Below, in pieces: positions 1 through 18,138 of a stretch of 64,000 bases of DNA. Numbering within the stretch: position 1 is the first letter of the stretch; each line of letters opens with the position of its first letter. The DNA is taken from NCBI RefSeq assembly GCF_009914755.1, contig NC_060938.1; one strand, 5' to 3'. Both the position numbers and the translations under genes were made by a program. Source of the stretch: the human T2T-CHM13v2.0 reference genome, Homo sapiens. A model generated the notes under the pieces. That model was not told where the DNA came from. It was given only the letters and a program-made list of their open reading frames with translations, and made no database searches.

Positions 1-589
1 TCCCACTTCTTATTTCTATGTGGTTTGGTTCATATAACCATTTAACATATTTTTATAAAGCGGTAGTTGAATAGAGTATAAAATAGGAAAAAATTAATCA
101 TCTGCCCTTTAAGAGGTTTCTGTCCACTGTGTGGGTGTTGGAGAGGGAGGTGGGGGAAGAGAGGGGAAGGGAGGCAGATATGCAAACAAAAATCATACTA
201 TGCCATGGTTTTGGTACAGTCAGTTAATGTCTAGGATATAATGGAAACGTGGGAAAAGGAGCCTCTTGACGTTTACTAAGACTTGAGAATGAGTTTTTTT
301 CTTAATAATCTATAAATTGAAATCCACTCTTTCTAAATGTGCCTTTGGCACTGTTCTTTTGAATTAGGAAATACAGAAAAACAGTTAAATTTGGTTGAAC
401 GATACAGGAAGTACTCAGAAAAGGCAACCATCTTACCCCAGGAGAGATCAAAAGACATTCACAGATTATGTTAACCCAAAGTTTTGGCCTCATTTCTCAA
501 GGAAGGGGCTACATCTTTTAGACCACGGGCATTTTTCCCCAGTTTTGAAACTGTGAAGGTGTTTAGGACCTGAGAGATTATTAATAACA

Positions 590-820
590 GGTTTCAATGC
601 CTGACACTCTTGGACTTAAATGTTCACCTACACTCAATCTGATCATGGACAAACTACTTAATCTCACTGAGCCCATGTCCTCATCCATAAAATGAGGGTG
701 ATAATAGTTCCACGTTTTAGTATTGTTAGGATGATTAAATAAAATAATGCATGTAAGTAAAATAACCCAGCTATTGGAACAATCGCTGCTGTATAATAAA
801 CCATCAATAATTCTTAGCTT
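590..820 (+). mobile_element. MIR SINE remnant
   Basis: MIR core-like 'ggacaaactacttaatctcactgagccc...cctcatccataaaatgagggtgataatag...ttgttaggatgattaaataa'; boundaries approximate. Confidence 0.7.
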
Positions 821-960
821 TTGCTATCATTCTTGCTACTGTTAATTAGTTAGTGGTTCTCACTTTTTTCTAGAAATTGCTCTACCTCTGTTTCTCAACT
901 GAGATATTATAGTTTAAGACTTTGATTATGATAACTAGATGATAATTTAGATGGTGTCTT

Positions 961-1358
961 TTTTTTTATTATACTTTAAGTTTTAGGGTACATGTGCACA
1001 TTGTGCAGGTTAGTTACATATGTATACATGTGCCATGCTGGTGTGCTGCACCCACTAACTCGTCATCTAGCATTAGGTATATCTCCCAATGCTATCCTTC
1101 CCCCCCCCCCCCCACCCCACCACAGTCCCCAGAGTGTGATATTCCCCTTCCTGTGTCCATGTGATCTCATTGTTCAATTCCCACCTATGAGTGAGAATAT
1201 GTGGTGTTTGGTTTTTTGTTCTTGCGATAGTTTACTGAGAATGATGATTTCCAATTTCATCCATGTCCCTACAAAGGACATGAACTCATCATTTTTTATG
1301 GCTGCATAGTATTCCATGGTGTATATGTGCCACATTTTCTTAATCCAGTCTATCATTG
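961..1358 (-). mobile_element. 5'-truncated young L1 3' end (L1PA2-like)
   Basis: Reverse complement reads GCTAGATGACGAGTTAGTGGGTGCAGCACACCAGCATGG...CCTAAAACTTAAAGTATAAT(A)n, with GAG rather than the Ta-diagnostic ACA; perfect 13-bp TSD TAGATGGTGTCTT at 948-960 and 1359-1371. Confidence 0.95.
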
Positions 1359-1585
1359 TAGATGGTGTCTTGATCAGCAATCTATGCTTTGAGTGTTTTT
1401 TGTTAAGTGGCTAATGCAGTTTGCATATTTGTCCCACTAAATCTCAAGTTAAATGTAATCCTCAGTGTTGGAGGTGGGGCCTGGTGGGAGGTGTTAGAGT
1501 CATGGGCTGAGCACTCAGACTTGGGCACCATCCTTGTGACAGTGAGTGAGTTCTCACAAGGTTTGGCTGTTTAAAAGTGTGTGGC

Positions 1586-4010
<2,425 letters not shown>

Positions 4011-4645
4011 GTAGGATATTTTTTAAAAAGTGTGTGGCGTCTTCCCCCTTATTCTCTCTTGCTCCTCCTCTTGTCATGAAATGCACCAGCTCCCCCTTCA
4101 CCTTCTGCCATGAGTAAAAGATCCCTGAGGCCTCTCCAAAACCTGAGCAGATGCCAGCATCATGTTTATTCAGCCTGCAGAACCAACTACACATCTTTAA
4201 AAAAAATAAATTACCCAGTCTCAGGTATTCCTTTATAGCAATGCAAGAATGGCCTAACACAGTGGCTTTTTTTTTCTTTTAAGTATATTTTATATTTAGA
4301 TGCTACTATTAGCAGATGATTTGTGCGTATGTCTTGCCCTGTTCAGCTTTGAGGAGTCCAGGCCCTTATGGGACTCCTTCTGAGAGCGGGGTTCCTATTT
4401 TCCTTAGGAACCCAAGACAGTTCTTTCAGAGGATTTCATTGATCTGTTGCCCCATGGTGCTTTGTGGCACATAATGACAAAGCATGACAGGCAGGCTCAC
4501 AGCCCTCGACTCATGCTAGATCTCGGTTCATTCTGTATCCAGGGACTCCAGTTCATCATATCCATTACCCAGGCCTCTCTCCTAGCTATGTCTGTGTGGC
4601 TCACAGATACTCTAGAGGGAGAGGCAATTAATTTCTTTTTGGCGG

Positions 4646-5004
4646 TGAGATGGTTTGCCTGGGTCCCCACTCCAATCTTATCTTGAATTGTAGCTCCCAT
4701 AATGCCCGAATGTTGTAGGAGGGACCCAGTGGGAGGTAATTGAATCATGGAGATGGGAATTCCTGTTCTGTTGTCATGATAGTAAGTCTCACGAGATCTG
4801 GCGGTTTTATAAATGAGAGTTCCCTTGCACATGCTCTCTTGCCTGCAACCACGTAGGTTATGCCTTTCTTCTCCTTAGCCTTCTGCCATGATTGTGAGGC
4901 CTCCCCAGCTATGTGGAACTGTGAGTCAATTAAACCTCTTTTTCTTTATAAATTACCTAGTCTCAGGTATGTCTTTATTAGCAGCATGAGAACTGACTAA
5001 TGCA
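4646..5004 (+). mobile_element. THE1-family MaLR solo LTR
   Basis: TGAGATGGTTTG start, 'gggaggtaattgaatcatgg', 'ccatgattgtgaggcctccccagc', ends 'gactaatgca'; TSD GGCGG/GGGGG. Confidence 0.92.
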
Positions 5005-5051
5005 GGGGGTTATTTCATGTCAGACATTGTCGTAAGTTGTGTCTTCCTTGG

Positions 5052-5430
5052 TGTCTTAGTTTTTTCTGTGCTGCTATAACAGAATACCTGAGACTGGGTA
5101 ATTTGTAAAGAACAGAGATTTATTTCTTATAGTTCCAGAGGCTGAGAAGTCCAGATCAGTTGGGTGGCATCTGGCAAAGGCTTTCTTGCTGTTTTGTTCT
5201 ATGATGAAAGGTGGAAAACAAGAGAGAGAACAAAAGGTGTCTAAATTTGGTTTTATAGCAGATCCATTCCTTGATAACCAACAAACTCCCAGGATGATAA
5301 TATTAATCCATTCATGACGGCAGAGCCCTTGTGACCTAGTCACCACTTAATGCTCCCACCTCTCACCACTGTTGCATTGGGGATTAGGTTTCCAATACAT
5401 ACCTTTATGGAACACATTCAAACCATAGCA
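5052..5430 (-). mobile_element. MaLR solo LTR (MSTD/MLT1A-like)
   Basis: 'tgtcttagt...gctgctataacagaatacctgagactgggtaattt' to 'cacattcaaaccatagca'; TSD CTTGG/TTTGG. Confidence 0.88.
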
Positions 5431-5932
5431 TTTGGCAAATAACCCAAACCCTTCTTTCCTCATCTGATAATTGGGAAAATAATAGCAACTACCTTGTGGA
5501 TACTTTGTGAGAATCCCATGCTTCATGCAATAAGGACTTAATAATCGTAAGTTGTTAAATTGTCATACATGCTCCTTTTAGTTATGAAAACCTGTGGCTT
5601 TTGTCTAAGAGTTGAATATGAGAAGGTTCAAGGACTAGGGCTTTTATCCTTGGATCTCTGTAGCATGCTGAATTAATGAAAGGTCTGTCTCTCTCTCTCT
5701 GATTAATCAAAAACTCTGACTAGTACTAGTGAAAGTCAGGTTTGAACAATTCTGTGAAGAATGGATTTGGAAGGAAAATATGAGGCAAGAATTTTAAAAA
5801 GTTGTTTCTGAGTTGAATGTGATTTACATTTGCTAACTGGAAAAAGATCAGGGTATAATCAGTCCATAATATTGAAAGCAGTTTGGAAATACCATTGCAG
5901 ATACAGGTAATTTAAAAAATCTACATGAATTA

Positions 5933-6321
<389 letters not shown>

Positions 6322-6654
6322 CTACCTCTTTCTGCTGCTACAGTGTAAGTTGAATCATACTTTCCAAAATATGTAAATGAAAGTCAGAAGTAAGGCAACT
6401 CATAGTGTTTCAGTGACTTTGATTTCAATCTCACTCAAGACTGGGAGATTCTCCTAAATTCTAGCAAACTTGTGCCTCTTTCCCAGCCTTATAAGAAACT
6501 GTCCTTCTATCTAAATACTGGAATGCCACTATGTGAAGCTTCAAATCAGGGTGGTTATTCTGAGACAATGGCAGCTTCTTGGGATGTGGTGTAACGTGTA
6601 CTAAATCATTATGTGCACATACATTTATTTTTAATCAACCTGCGTTTACCTGAG

Positions 6655-7032
6655 TGCTGTGGTTTGAATGTGTCCCCTAAAGTTCATATATTGGAGACTT
6701 AATCCTCAAGGCAACAGTGTTGGGGTATGGGGCCTGATAAGAGGTGATTAGGTCATGAGGGCTCTGCCTTCATGATTGAATTAATGTCATTATCACAGGA
6801 GTGGGTTAGTTAGCACGAGAGTGGCTTGTTCTAAAAGGAAGTTCAGCCCCCTCTTCCTCTCTTGCCCTTTGCCTTTGGTCATGGGATGAGGCAGCAAGGA
6901 GTCCCTTGCCAGTTGTAGGCCCTTCGACCTTGGACTTCCCAGGCTCCAGAATTTCGAAGAAGTAAGGCTCTGTTCTTTGTAAATTATCCAGGCTCAGATA
7001 TTCTGTTATAGCAGCACTAATGGACTTAGTCA
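6655..7032 (+). mobile_element. MaLR solo LTR (MSTD-like)
   Basis: 'tgctgtggtttgaatgtgtcccc...gtgattaggtcatgagggctctgcc...tattctgttatagcagcactaatggacttagtca'. Confidence 0.88.
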
Positions 7033-7189
7033 CCAACTAAATGTAATGGACAAGAATGGCCTACATTAAAAAAAAAATGTGATTAGAGGATCTTAATATC
7101 TTATTCTGTAGTGAACTTTAGAATATTTTAGACACTGGAGATTTTCTATCAGATGTATCCTGTGGATTCAATAGGATTCATTTTGAGAG

Positions 7190-7390
7190 GCAGCTTTCTG
7201 AAGTGGAAATAATTCTGTACTCCAGGCACAGTAATTGGGTTCAAGCCCCAGCTCTGCCATTTACTGGGATGGGGAGAAACTCTTGGACAGCCTGTTAGGC
7301 CTTTTTGGCTTCCACTTTTCTTGTCTTTAAAATAAAGTTAATAATTTTCATTCTGCTTCACTCATGGCATAGATGTGAGGCTCAAATAAA
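7190..7390 (+). mobile_element. MIR remnant
   Basis: 'tgggttcaagccccagctctgccatttact...tctttaaaataaagttaataat'. Confidence 0.65.
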
Positions 7391-7879
7391 AAAATATTTT
7401 GGAAACTACCCTGAAAACTGTAGAACATTCTACAAATATTATCTAACAAAATATATGAATGCATAATTAGTGTCTTCAAGGGATGTCATAAATATCGTAA
7501 AACTAAAGGGTGGGCTGTATCAAAACTTGGAAGGGATTGGGATGAAAATCAAACTGTCTAAAATAGAATGGCCAAATACATTGGGACTTGGCTCCAGAAA
7601 GAATTAATGAGAATTACACAGATTCATATCTTCTCCATTATTCCATTGGTCACGTCTAATAACTTGCCATGAAATTGCATTGATTTCTACAAAGTGATTG
7701 CATATGCTGTTGCCTCTTTTCAACTGCACATGTCATAATTCATCCATCCAGATCAGTATTTTACTTTTAGGAAAAGAGAGATGCTAACTTTTTCTCAGAG
7801 GAGAGTGTTTAGAAGTCTATGTTCTATAGTCCCTCCTAGAGAGGGGGGATTTCTTCAGTACTCAGCAGCTAATCTTTTT

Positions 7880-9003
<1,124 letters not shown>

Positions 9004-9467
9004 TTACGGTCTGAGTAATGAGGAACCTGGCTAATAGTTGCCATTCTAGATAGCATTAAGGGTGAAGTCTTTGCTCACAGAAGTTGGTGTATCCAGACAG
9101 ACATTGTAATTACAGCAGAGCAAATTACCATACTCTGAAAGAGAAGAACACAGAAAGCAACAAACACATTTAAAGAAGACTGTCCCAGAAATAAGGAGAA
9201 GGGCAAGAAATCTAAGCAGAATATTCCACTTGCCATTTACAGCATAGACAAGGACAGCAAAATGGAAAGTCACTTATATAACTGCAGGATAAAGAGATGG
9301 GTGAGATGAAATATACTTTCTCCGAATGAAGTTCACTGTATGTGTAGTGGATTAAATGAGATTGACTATTTTTAAAAAGCCTGTTACAAAGAAGAACAAA
9401 TTTAATAGACTATTAAGAGGTAAAGAGGAACTTTTAAAAGCACATATTGATTAAAACAAAAGTTATA

Positions 9468-9729
9468 CACTTTGGGAGGCCGAGGCGGGCGGATCATGAG
9501 GTCAGAAGATCGAGCCCATCCTGGCTAACACGGTGAAACCCTGGCTCTACTAAAAATACAAAAAAATTAACCGGGCGTGGTGGCCGGCGCCTATAGTCCC
9601 AGCTACTCGGGAGGCTGAGGCAGGAGAATGGCGTGAACCCAGGAGGCAGAGCTTGCAGTGAGCCCAGATTGCTGCCACTGCACTCCAGCCTGGGTGACAG
9701 GGCGAGACTGTCTCAAAAAACCAAAAACA
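9468..9729 (+). mobile_element. 5'-truncated AluY
   Basis: Starts at 'cactttgggaggccgagg'; perfect TSD AAAACAAAAGTTATA at 9453-9467 and 9730-9744 at a TT/AAAA site. Confidence 0.95.
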
Positions 9730-10455
9730 AAAACAAAAGTTATAGTTCAGAATATTTATTGCATACAACTCAGCAAACAAAGTTGACCTAGATACAAGAG
9801 TATTATTGGAATTTGTTAGTGAATACATTGACAAAATTCTGTTATTTTTGTTTAATTATCACTAGGTCCAGTAGGGTGGAAGTCAGAAATTTTGACTTAA
9901 AATATCAGCTAATTGAATTAGTTATTTCAAATCAATGTCTAGTTTGGATAAGAATATTTTATAAAAAAACAAATCATAGTATTAGGCATAGTTTATGCTT
10001 GGTGGCATGTAGAGAAATATAAAAATAAAAGATAGTGAAATCTTTTTAAAAATTGTGTTGAAAGGTATAATCATTTGTGTTAATGTATTATTCAACCAGG
10101 ATGTAGGAAGAACACACATGTCACTGAGCTTTGTTCTGGGGCTGGAAGGAAGTGCAAATAACAATGATGATAATAATAACAGCAGTAGCTAATATTTATC
10201 AGATATAGAGCTTGTTACCACCACAGTAAGCAATTTGCATGGAGTATCTCAGTTCTCGTGATTAGTCAGGTACACTTCTTACATTGGTTTTTCGGATTGA
10301 GATATTAAAGTCCTTAGAATTGAAAGAACTTGCTCCAAATCATACAGCTAGGAATGGTAGACTAGCGTTTTTACTCAGGCAGTCTCAAGATAACATTTGT
10401 TGAGGGTCTATTAACAACCAGGCATTGAGATGGTGTTTACACATATTAGTTATCT

Positions 10456-10675
10456 CAGTGGTTCTTAACCTGGGATGCATGTTAAACTTACCAAGGAAGC
10501 ATTTTAAAACCCTGATGCTTAGGACCTACACCAGGTGAATTAAATCAGAACCTTTTGAGACAGGGGCAGGACTTGGCATCAGTATTTCTTAAATATAAAC
10601 ATTGTATATGTAAATATTATATCAATACCAGTATTTTTAAAAGCATCCCAGGGGAGTCAGCCTTTTGAATTACTG
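10456..10675. mobile_element. MER5-family (hAT-Charlie) element
   Basis: CAGTGGTTCTTAAC start, 'aattaaatcagaac', 'cagtatttttaaaagc', ends 'ttgaattactg'. Confidence 0.7.
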
Positions 10676-11427
10676 TCCATTTAATATTCAAAGCAAAGTC
10701 TATACATTTGTATTATTCCTATTTTATTTATGAGGACTCTGAGATTCAGTGACGATAACTGACTTGCTCGATCAAGGTCACTTACCTGGTAAATTGCTGA
10801 GCTGGGATGTAAATGCAGTTCTGTCTAGCTAAAGAGCCCGCATTCTTCTTGATGCCTCAGTGTCTAGCCATTTTACCCAGAGCAATAAATTCACTTGTTC
10901 CTGTTATTTAGTGTTTATCATAGAATTTAGCTTTAGCCTCAATTTCATTTTATTGTCTTCACTATTGAGTACTCACAAAGGGAGCCAGTTAACAACATCT
11001 TTGGAACAACCATCCTGTGTGGAGCATTGTGCTAATTGCTGTGGGAAAGAACAGGGGAAGATATGAAATATTCCCTTTACAAAGATATCTACTGTTCTGC
11101 CAGGGTTCATAACTTTGGGCCTGTGACTTGACATCTGGGTGGCAAAAGAAGTCTCATGAATTGTTTGGGAAGTATTCATAGTTTTCATCAGATTGTAACA
11201 GAGCCATGAGCCAAAATATTTATGAACTTCTGCCTTGCTTGGTATGTAAGGCATTTGATTCCAGAAGCAGTGGCATATTATCTTGAATTTTCTTCATAAA
11301 GGCAAAACAGTGCCTTTTCAAGAGATTTTGAGTTTGATATACTGTCAAAAACTGTTTACAGCTAAGCCTAGTAAAAGATGTTGCATATGTGGAGTGTGTG
11401 TGTGTATAAAAAAAATGCAGGCTGTGA

Positions 11428-12002
<575 letters not shown>

Positions 12003-14628
12003 TTATTCCATAGCTATTTTTCCTATATAATCCATTATTTTTAAATGTATTAATAATTTTAATATCACCATAAACTGAAATGAGTAAAGAGGCCTGTAAT
12101 GTGAATATTCATATATGGAACATAATACGGGGGTTGCGTAATTATAGGTCCATATATGTATTGTATTTCCTGATATATTTATATATGAAATTGCTAGTAT
12201 GTGTGAAAGATATCTACATATATTTTACTAATAAGAGATATATTCATATATATATATACAAATATATGCTTTATAGAGCCTAAGTTTGGGGTGGAACAAA
12301 TGTTCTCACCCTTGTTTGATTATGAGAACCACTTGCAGAGCTTTTTAAAAACCTGAGTCCCTTTTACCCTTGATTCAAATTCAGTACATCCAGAGCGGGT
12401 CCTGGTGCTGTTTTTAAAACATTCCTTGAATGGTTGTGTTGCTTTGCTTGAGAAGCAGCCCTGTAGTTTGTGTACAGGTAGGAATGAGGAAGGAAGGGTA
12501 CCAGACAACAGACAGGTAAGACAGTCAAGGGGAAGAGGCCAGGAAAATTTCTACCAGGAGGGTGGCAGTTTATTGATTTGCTTATGTTAAAATAGTTGAG
12601 TCCGCGCTGTATCTTTTTACTTGATTAATTTAATTTACACAAACCAAAGGTCAATATCAATGATTAATGTCAGAGGGAAGGGTATTATTATTATTTTTAA
12701 CCCTACTTCTTTTTCAACTACTACATATCTGACCTTGCAGAGGAAATCTTGGAGAGAAAATAGCCACTTTCATACGACTATCCCTTGGTCAATGCGCTAC
12801 TTATTAAACTTTATTTTCCCACTGAAGAAAGAAAATCCTACCTTCAGGGAATAAAATAGAGATTCATTTTCTGACCTCCTAGTATAATGCCAAAGGAAAA
12901 GCATACAATCTCTTTGGGGAGGGAGCTGTTAGGAAGGCCAGAGGCAGCTGTCTTGGAAACATACAGAAAGGTGCTATTGGGACAGAGCATAATTTAAAGT
13001 AGGTGAGATTGGAAAATAGGGATTTTTCCTTCTCTTTTACATTTTTTTTTCCTTTCTTGAACATATACAGTTCTTCAGTTAAGTGTTAGCCTGAGATTAA
13101 ATATAACATTTATGAAGCTCCTTTCAAAACTCATCCCTGCATGTGAATGGACCATTTCCTCCTTTATACCACTGCACTGACTTCTAATTACATGCATCTT
13201 TCATGAAAATGTTTGTCAGACTGTCTGATGTTAAATTGCAAGATAATTGATAACAAGACCCATGTCTTAATCATCTTTGTTGGTGCTAAATACGTGTTTA
13301 TTGAATGAATGAACAAACACTTGGATGAATAAATAGACTGTAATTGTTAGTAACTCCATGAGACCTGCACATTTCTTTGTTATTGGCACTTTGCCTCCCT
13401 GTTTCTCTTGAGCTTCATGGTTCTATATCTACATCACAGGTAGTCTAGTGTAAGGTTGAATAACAACACTCAAATTAAAAAGTAAAAATCTTAAGATGCT
13501 TTTGGTACCTAAGCATAATCATAAAACAATGGTCTTGTTTAATTTGAGGAGGAGATAAGTGATCAAACCCAAGAATCCATAAATTTGGCCTAAGTATTGG
13601 TATTTATTTCCAGAGATGGGCAAGGAAAGAGTGTTGGAAGAAAATACAAGGTAAGTTTTACAACCTGTGAGTACTCAGAACCTGGACTTTCATGTCTTTT
13701 AGAAAGACACATTGACAATAGGCAGAAAATCCTTAGCTACAACTCACTGGCTGAAAGCTTGGTCAGTTAAATTGTGAATTTACATGGAATCCAAATGAAG
13801 TGTTCAGACATTTCAAACATCTCTTGCTTAATGAGGTTCTGTGCCTGGCTAGCAGGTCAGCAGTCTGATTTCAGTTTACAGATGCAGTCTTAAAAAAGGA
13901 CCCTGAGATCATCTATAACACTTCCCTGTCTTCCTTTGCTCCAGCTGCATTCATCAACTTCCATCAGGGTTCACAGCAATGAAATTAATTGACAAGAAGC
14001 TCAATCTTAAGAGCACTCTGAACTGTATATTCTTGCCATCCACCCCCTAACTCCAATCCTACATGAATGAATGCAAGTGTAGTTTTTTGAGAAGGGGCCA
14101 TGGCTCAAGCAGTGCCATATATGTGCCTTCTATACAACTGGCTTGGTATCTGGTAAAATTTCCATTGCCCAGTTACAAACTAGCCAGTCCCTTGCAGACC
14201 TAGGATCCTCTTAGAATGCCCTATCAGGAAGTTCTTTGCAAGATGTTTTAACTGAGCAATGAATTTATAGAGGAGGACTTGAATAAATTGTTTCAAAAAT
14301 GAAACCATTTGAACACAAATCATGTCTTTCACTAAGACCCAGACAAACTAACTCATATGTACTCCACACATCTCAGTGTAGTAAGCAGATGGAAAATATT
14401 CATTGTTTTTTTTTTTTACCAATGAGACACTAGTAACAAAGAGAAAGTGTAGAAATTCTTCAAGATCCCTAGAGGCTGGGCAATCATATTTCTAGCAAAA
14501 CTCTTGACTTTCTTCCTGTTCTCAACCTCTGCCATTAAAATAAGGAAATAGTGCTATCAAAGTAAAAGAGAAGCATCTGTTGGAGGGGTTCAAGGGGGTT
14601 GAGTCTTTAGGCATCAAAGCTAGGAGTT

Positions 14629-14945
14629 GGCTGGGCGTGGTTGTTCATGCCTGTAATCCCAGCACTTTGGAAGGCCAAGTCAGGCAGATCACCTGAGGTC
14701 AGGAGTTCAAGACCAGCCTGGCCAAAACGGTGAAACCCTGTCTCTACTAAAAATACAAAAATTAGTCAGGCATGGTGGTACATGCCTGTAGTCCCAGCTA
14801 CTCGGGACACTGAGGCAGGAGAATCACTTGAACCTGGGAAGTGGAGTTGCAGTGAGCCAAGATTGTGCCACTGCACTCCAGCCTGGGCTACTGAGTGAGA
14901 CTCCATCTCAAAAAAAAAAAAAAAAAAAAAGAAGAAGAAAAAAAA
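14629..14945 (+). mobile_element. AluSx/Sz
   Basis: 'gatcacctgaggtcaggagttcaagaccagcc'; TSD AAAGCTAGGAGTT/AAGGCTGGGAGTT. Confidence 0.95.
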
Positions 14946-15624
14946 AAGGCTGGGAGTTTCATTATTCCTCAAAGAAGGCACCTCAGACCAGGTTCCATAG
15001 GGCACGCCCCTAAAGAGCCCAACCTTCTCAGGGTTCTAAAATGTATCTTAAGCCCAAGCAAAATCCTTGACTTTCCATTTAGATGCCAATATGCCATCCT
15101 CATAATATTCATTCTCATGGAATTTTGAGTTCCCACACTCTTACATAGCTCCCAAAGCCAACTTATTTTACTGCTGAAAAATACTTCAGTACACTTTTAT
15201 TGCTGACACTGGTTTCTCTATACTTCCCCCAGAGATATTCATGTTATAAGTAAATCTTTTTCCAAGGTGTGCTTCATCTCCTGGCTGGAAGCAAGAAAAA
15301 AAATGTTCAAAGTATTGTAGCACTTTTTACAGAGTGTGTATCATGAAATCAATAATCATTTATTGAGTACTGACTATTCACTGTGGGGCCAGATATTGAG
15401 AATATTGGAGAGCAATTAGATGTGGTCTCTGACTCCAGGGGTCTACAAACGGCATGGTGGGGAACAAGCTCATTAGATGAGGAGAAAAAATAATAATATA
15501 AGTGAGTATAAACTCAAGAACTATAATTATGCATTGATTAATGAAACAAATACTGAAGATTTACTTTTTAAAAAGCGTTGTGCTCAAGGCTATGGCAGAT
15601 GTAAGTTTATAATATGACCACTTA

Positions 15625-16090
15625 CATTAATTTGCTAGGTTTGCCCTGACAAATTGTGAAAAACTGTGGCTGAAAACATTGGAAAATCAGTTTCTCCCAG
15701 TTCGGGAGAATAGAAGGCCAAAATCAAGGTGCTGACAGTGCTATGCTACCTCTGAAGGCTCTAGGGGAGAATTCTTCCTTGCCTTTTCCTAGCTTCTGGT
15801 GGCGGCCATCAATTCTGGGCTTTCCTTGGCTTTTAGCAGCGTCACTCCAGTCCCTGTTTCTGTGGTTGCAAGGCCTTCTTCCCTGTGCATATGTGTGTGT
15901 GAGTGCATGTGTGCATGTGCACCTGTGTGTGCTCCTGTCTTTACGTGACCTGATACGAACACTAGTCTTTTATTTGGAACCCACCCTAATCCAATATGAC
16001 CTCATTTAAACTAATTGTATCTACAACGATTCTATTTGCAAGTAATATCACATTCTGAGGTTCCAGGGGGACATTGTTCAACCCAGCACA
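15625..16090 (-). mobile_element. MLT1 (C/D-like) MaLR LTR
   Basis: 'aaatcaaggtg...ctctgaaggctctaggggagaattcttccttgcc...cccaccctaatccaatatgacctcat...ttcaacccagcaca'. Confidence 0.85.
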
Positions 16091-17234
16091 ACCCTTAAAT
16101 ATCCTATTGTCTTGTTGGAGGTTATTTTATGGGATTCATTTTTGGTGTTCCATGGCTTTTCAGAGGAGGCTCAGTGTCCACTGATAGTCTCTGGGAAGAC
16201 TACGTAGGCACAGGTCCGACCATTGCTATATTTTCTTATATCTATGAAATCCTAAGTTAACATTTTAAACTACAGTCTACTGTGTGTCAAGTGTTGTCCT
16301 AGGCTCTTATTTACTTAATTCAATCTTATCCTCACAACAGCCTTTGCAGTATGATTTTTTCCATTGTATAGATGGGAAACTAGTTCAGAAAGTTTACTTA
16401 CTTACATGAGACTTATAAGCTAGGCGCTGGGATGCTAAACAAATTAGTTCCAAAGTCTACTATTCAGGCTGAACTTATGCATTTCTGGTGGTGAAAGCAC
16501 AGCCTACATAACCATTAGTTTGTGATTTAGACCTTAGCCCAAACATTCGTCATTATCATATTTGAAGCCAGGATGGACCCATTGTTCCAGATCTATATAC
16601 TGTATATCAGTTAGCCATATCAATTAATAATCTTTTGATACTTGTCAAAGAGCAGAGAACCGCAGAAATTAAGAGTTTATTCTCTTCATTAAACCATTAA
16701 AGATTGGAGGTGGCTATTGTGAATTGGGCATGAATTATAGCATAAGCCTATATATGTTGCATATAGCCCCCCGTAACAAGCCTCCTTGTTGTCTTTTGTG
16801 TTCCTAACTTATGAGCAGGGCAGAGATTATCACTGAACACATTGCAGGGTAAATGTAGGACTCTGAGTCACCCATTGGATTTTTACAGGCTGAAACATTT
16901 ACAGTGTCCTGCTTACAATTCTCAAGCATCAGTTAGGTGCAGGAACACACAGGCAGAGTCAGTAGCTGCCCAGGGAACTAGTGTCCAGTCTAATCTCTTC
17001 ACAAACTTTGTGCGTGATTCAGGAAGGATTATTACAGGCCAAATTTTACCCATGGACCTGTTTTGTTTAGTAAAATATTTTCAAAAATAAATTTTGGATT
17101 TGAATGACTTTAGGGAAGGCAGGAATGATCTAGGCTCTCACAAGCCTTAGTCATTACCCCTGGCCTGAATTACATATTTATGTGAGCCCTCTAGTCCCTG
17201 GAAGCAGTTCTGTTTGTCACCCTGTACTTAGAAA

Positions 17235-17420
17235 AGTGGAAATTAATGTATGGTTCCTGGACAGGCAGCACCAGCATCACCAGGGAACTTTTTAGAAGTG
17301 CAAATCCTCTAGTCCCACACCAGACTTACTGACTCAGAAACTCTGACGTGGGGCCTGTAATCTGTGTTTTAACAAGCCTTCTGGTTGATTCTGATGTGCA
17401 TTGTCCTAGGAGAACCACTG
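17235..17420. mobile_element. MER5A
   Basis: 'cagcatcaccagggaact...tactgactcagaaactctg...aatctgtgttttaacaagcc...gagaaccactg'. Confidence 0.85.
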
Positions 17421-17802
17421 ACTTAGAGATAAGTTAAGAAACTCTTCCTTTCTTGAAGAATAGCGTCTTCTGCTTTCTAATAATGAACTTTTCTGTAATG
17501 CCTCAAGATCTACAAAGATGTCTTATTTTGCTTCCAGAGTCACGTGAGAAAACAGTAACAATTTGAGGGAGGTGTTGCTCTTTCAGCTTTATCCAGAGAT
17601 GTGCGGTGGCTTGTTCCAGGTGTTATATGACAGGACAATGGACCTCAAACTCAAGATTCTTTTTCCTCTACACTTCACTACTTTAACTCTCCCGATTATT
17701 TTGTGGACTGATGAATAAGTACGTGTAAACTGATTTTAGTTTTTCTGGTAATGAAAAAAAAAAAAAACAATGAGTATTGTTACTCTTGTAATAATCACAT
17801 CA

Positions 17803-18138
<336 letters not shown>

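Noticed and set aside
145-171. G-quadruplex motif GGG-N4-GGGGG-N6-GGGG-N2-GGG
   Set aside because: Common motif, with no promoter or CpG-island context
13614-13650. Peptide DGQGKSVGRKYK resembling the GRKYK of factor VIII-like proteins
   Set aside because: Five-residue match only, with no other multicopper-oxidase-like exons in the window
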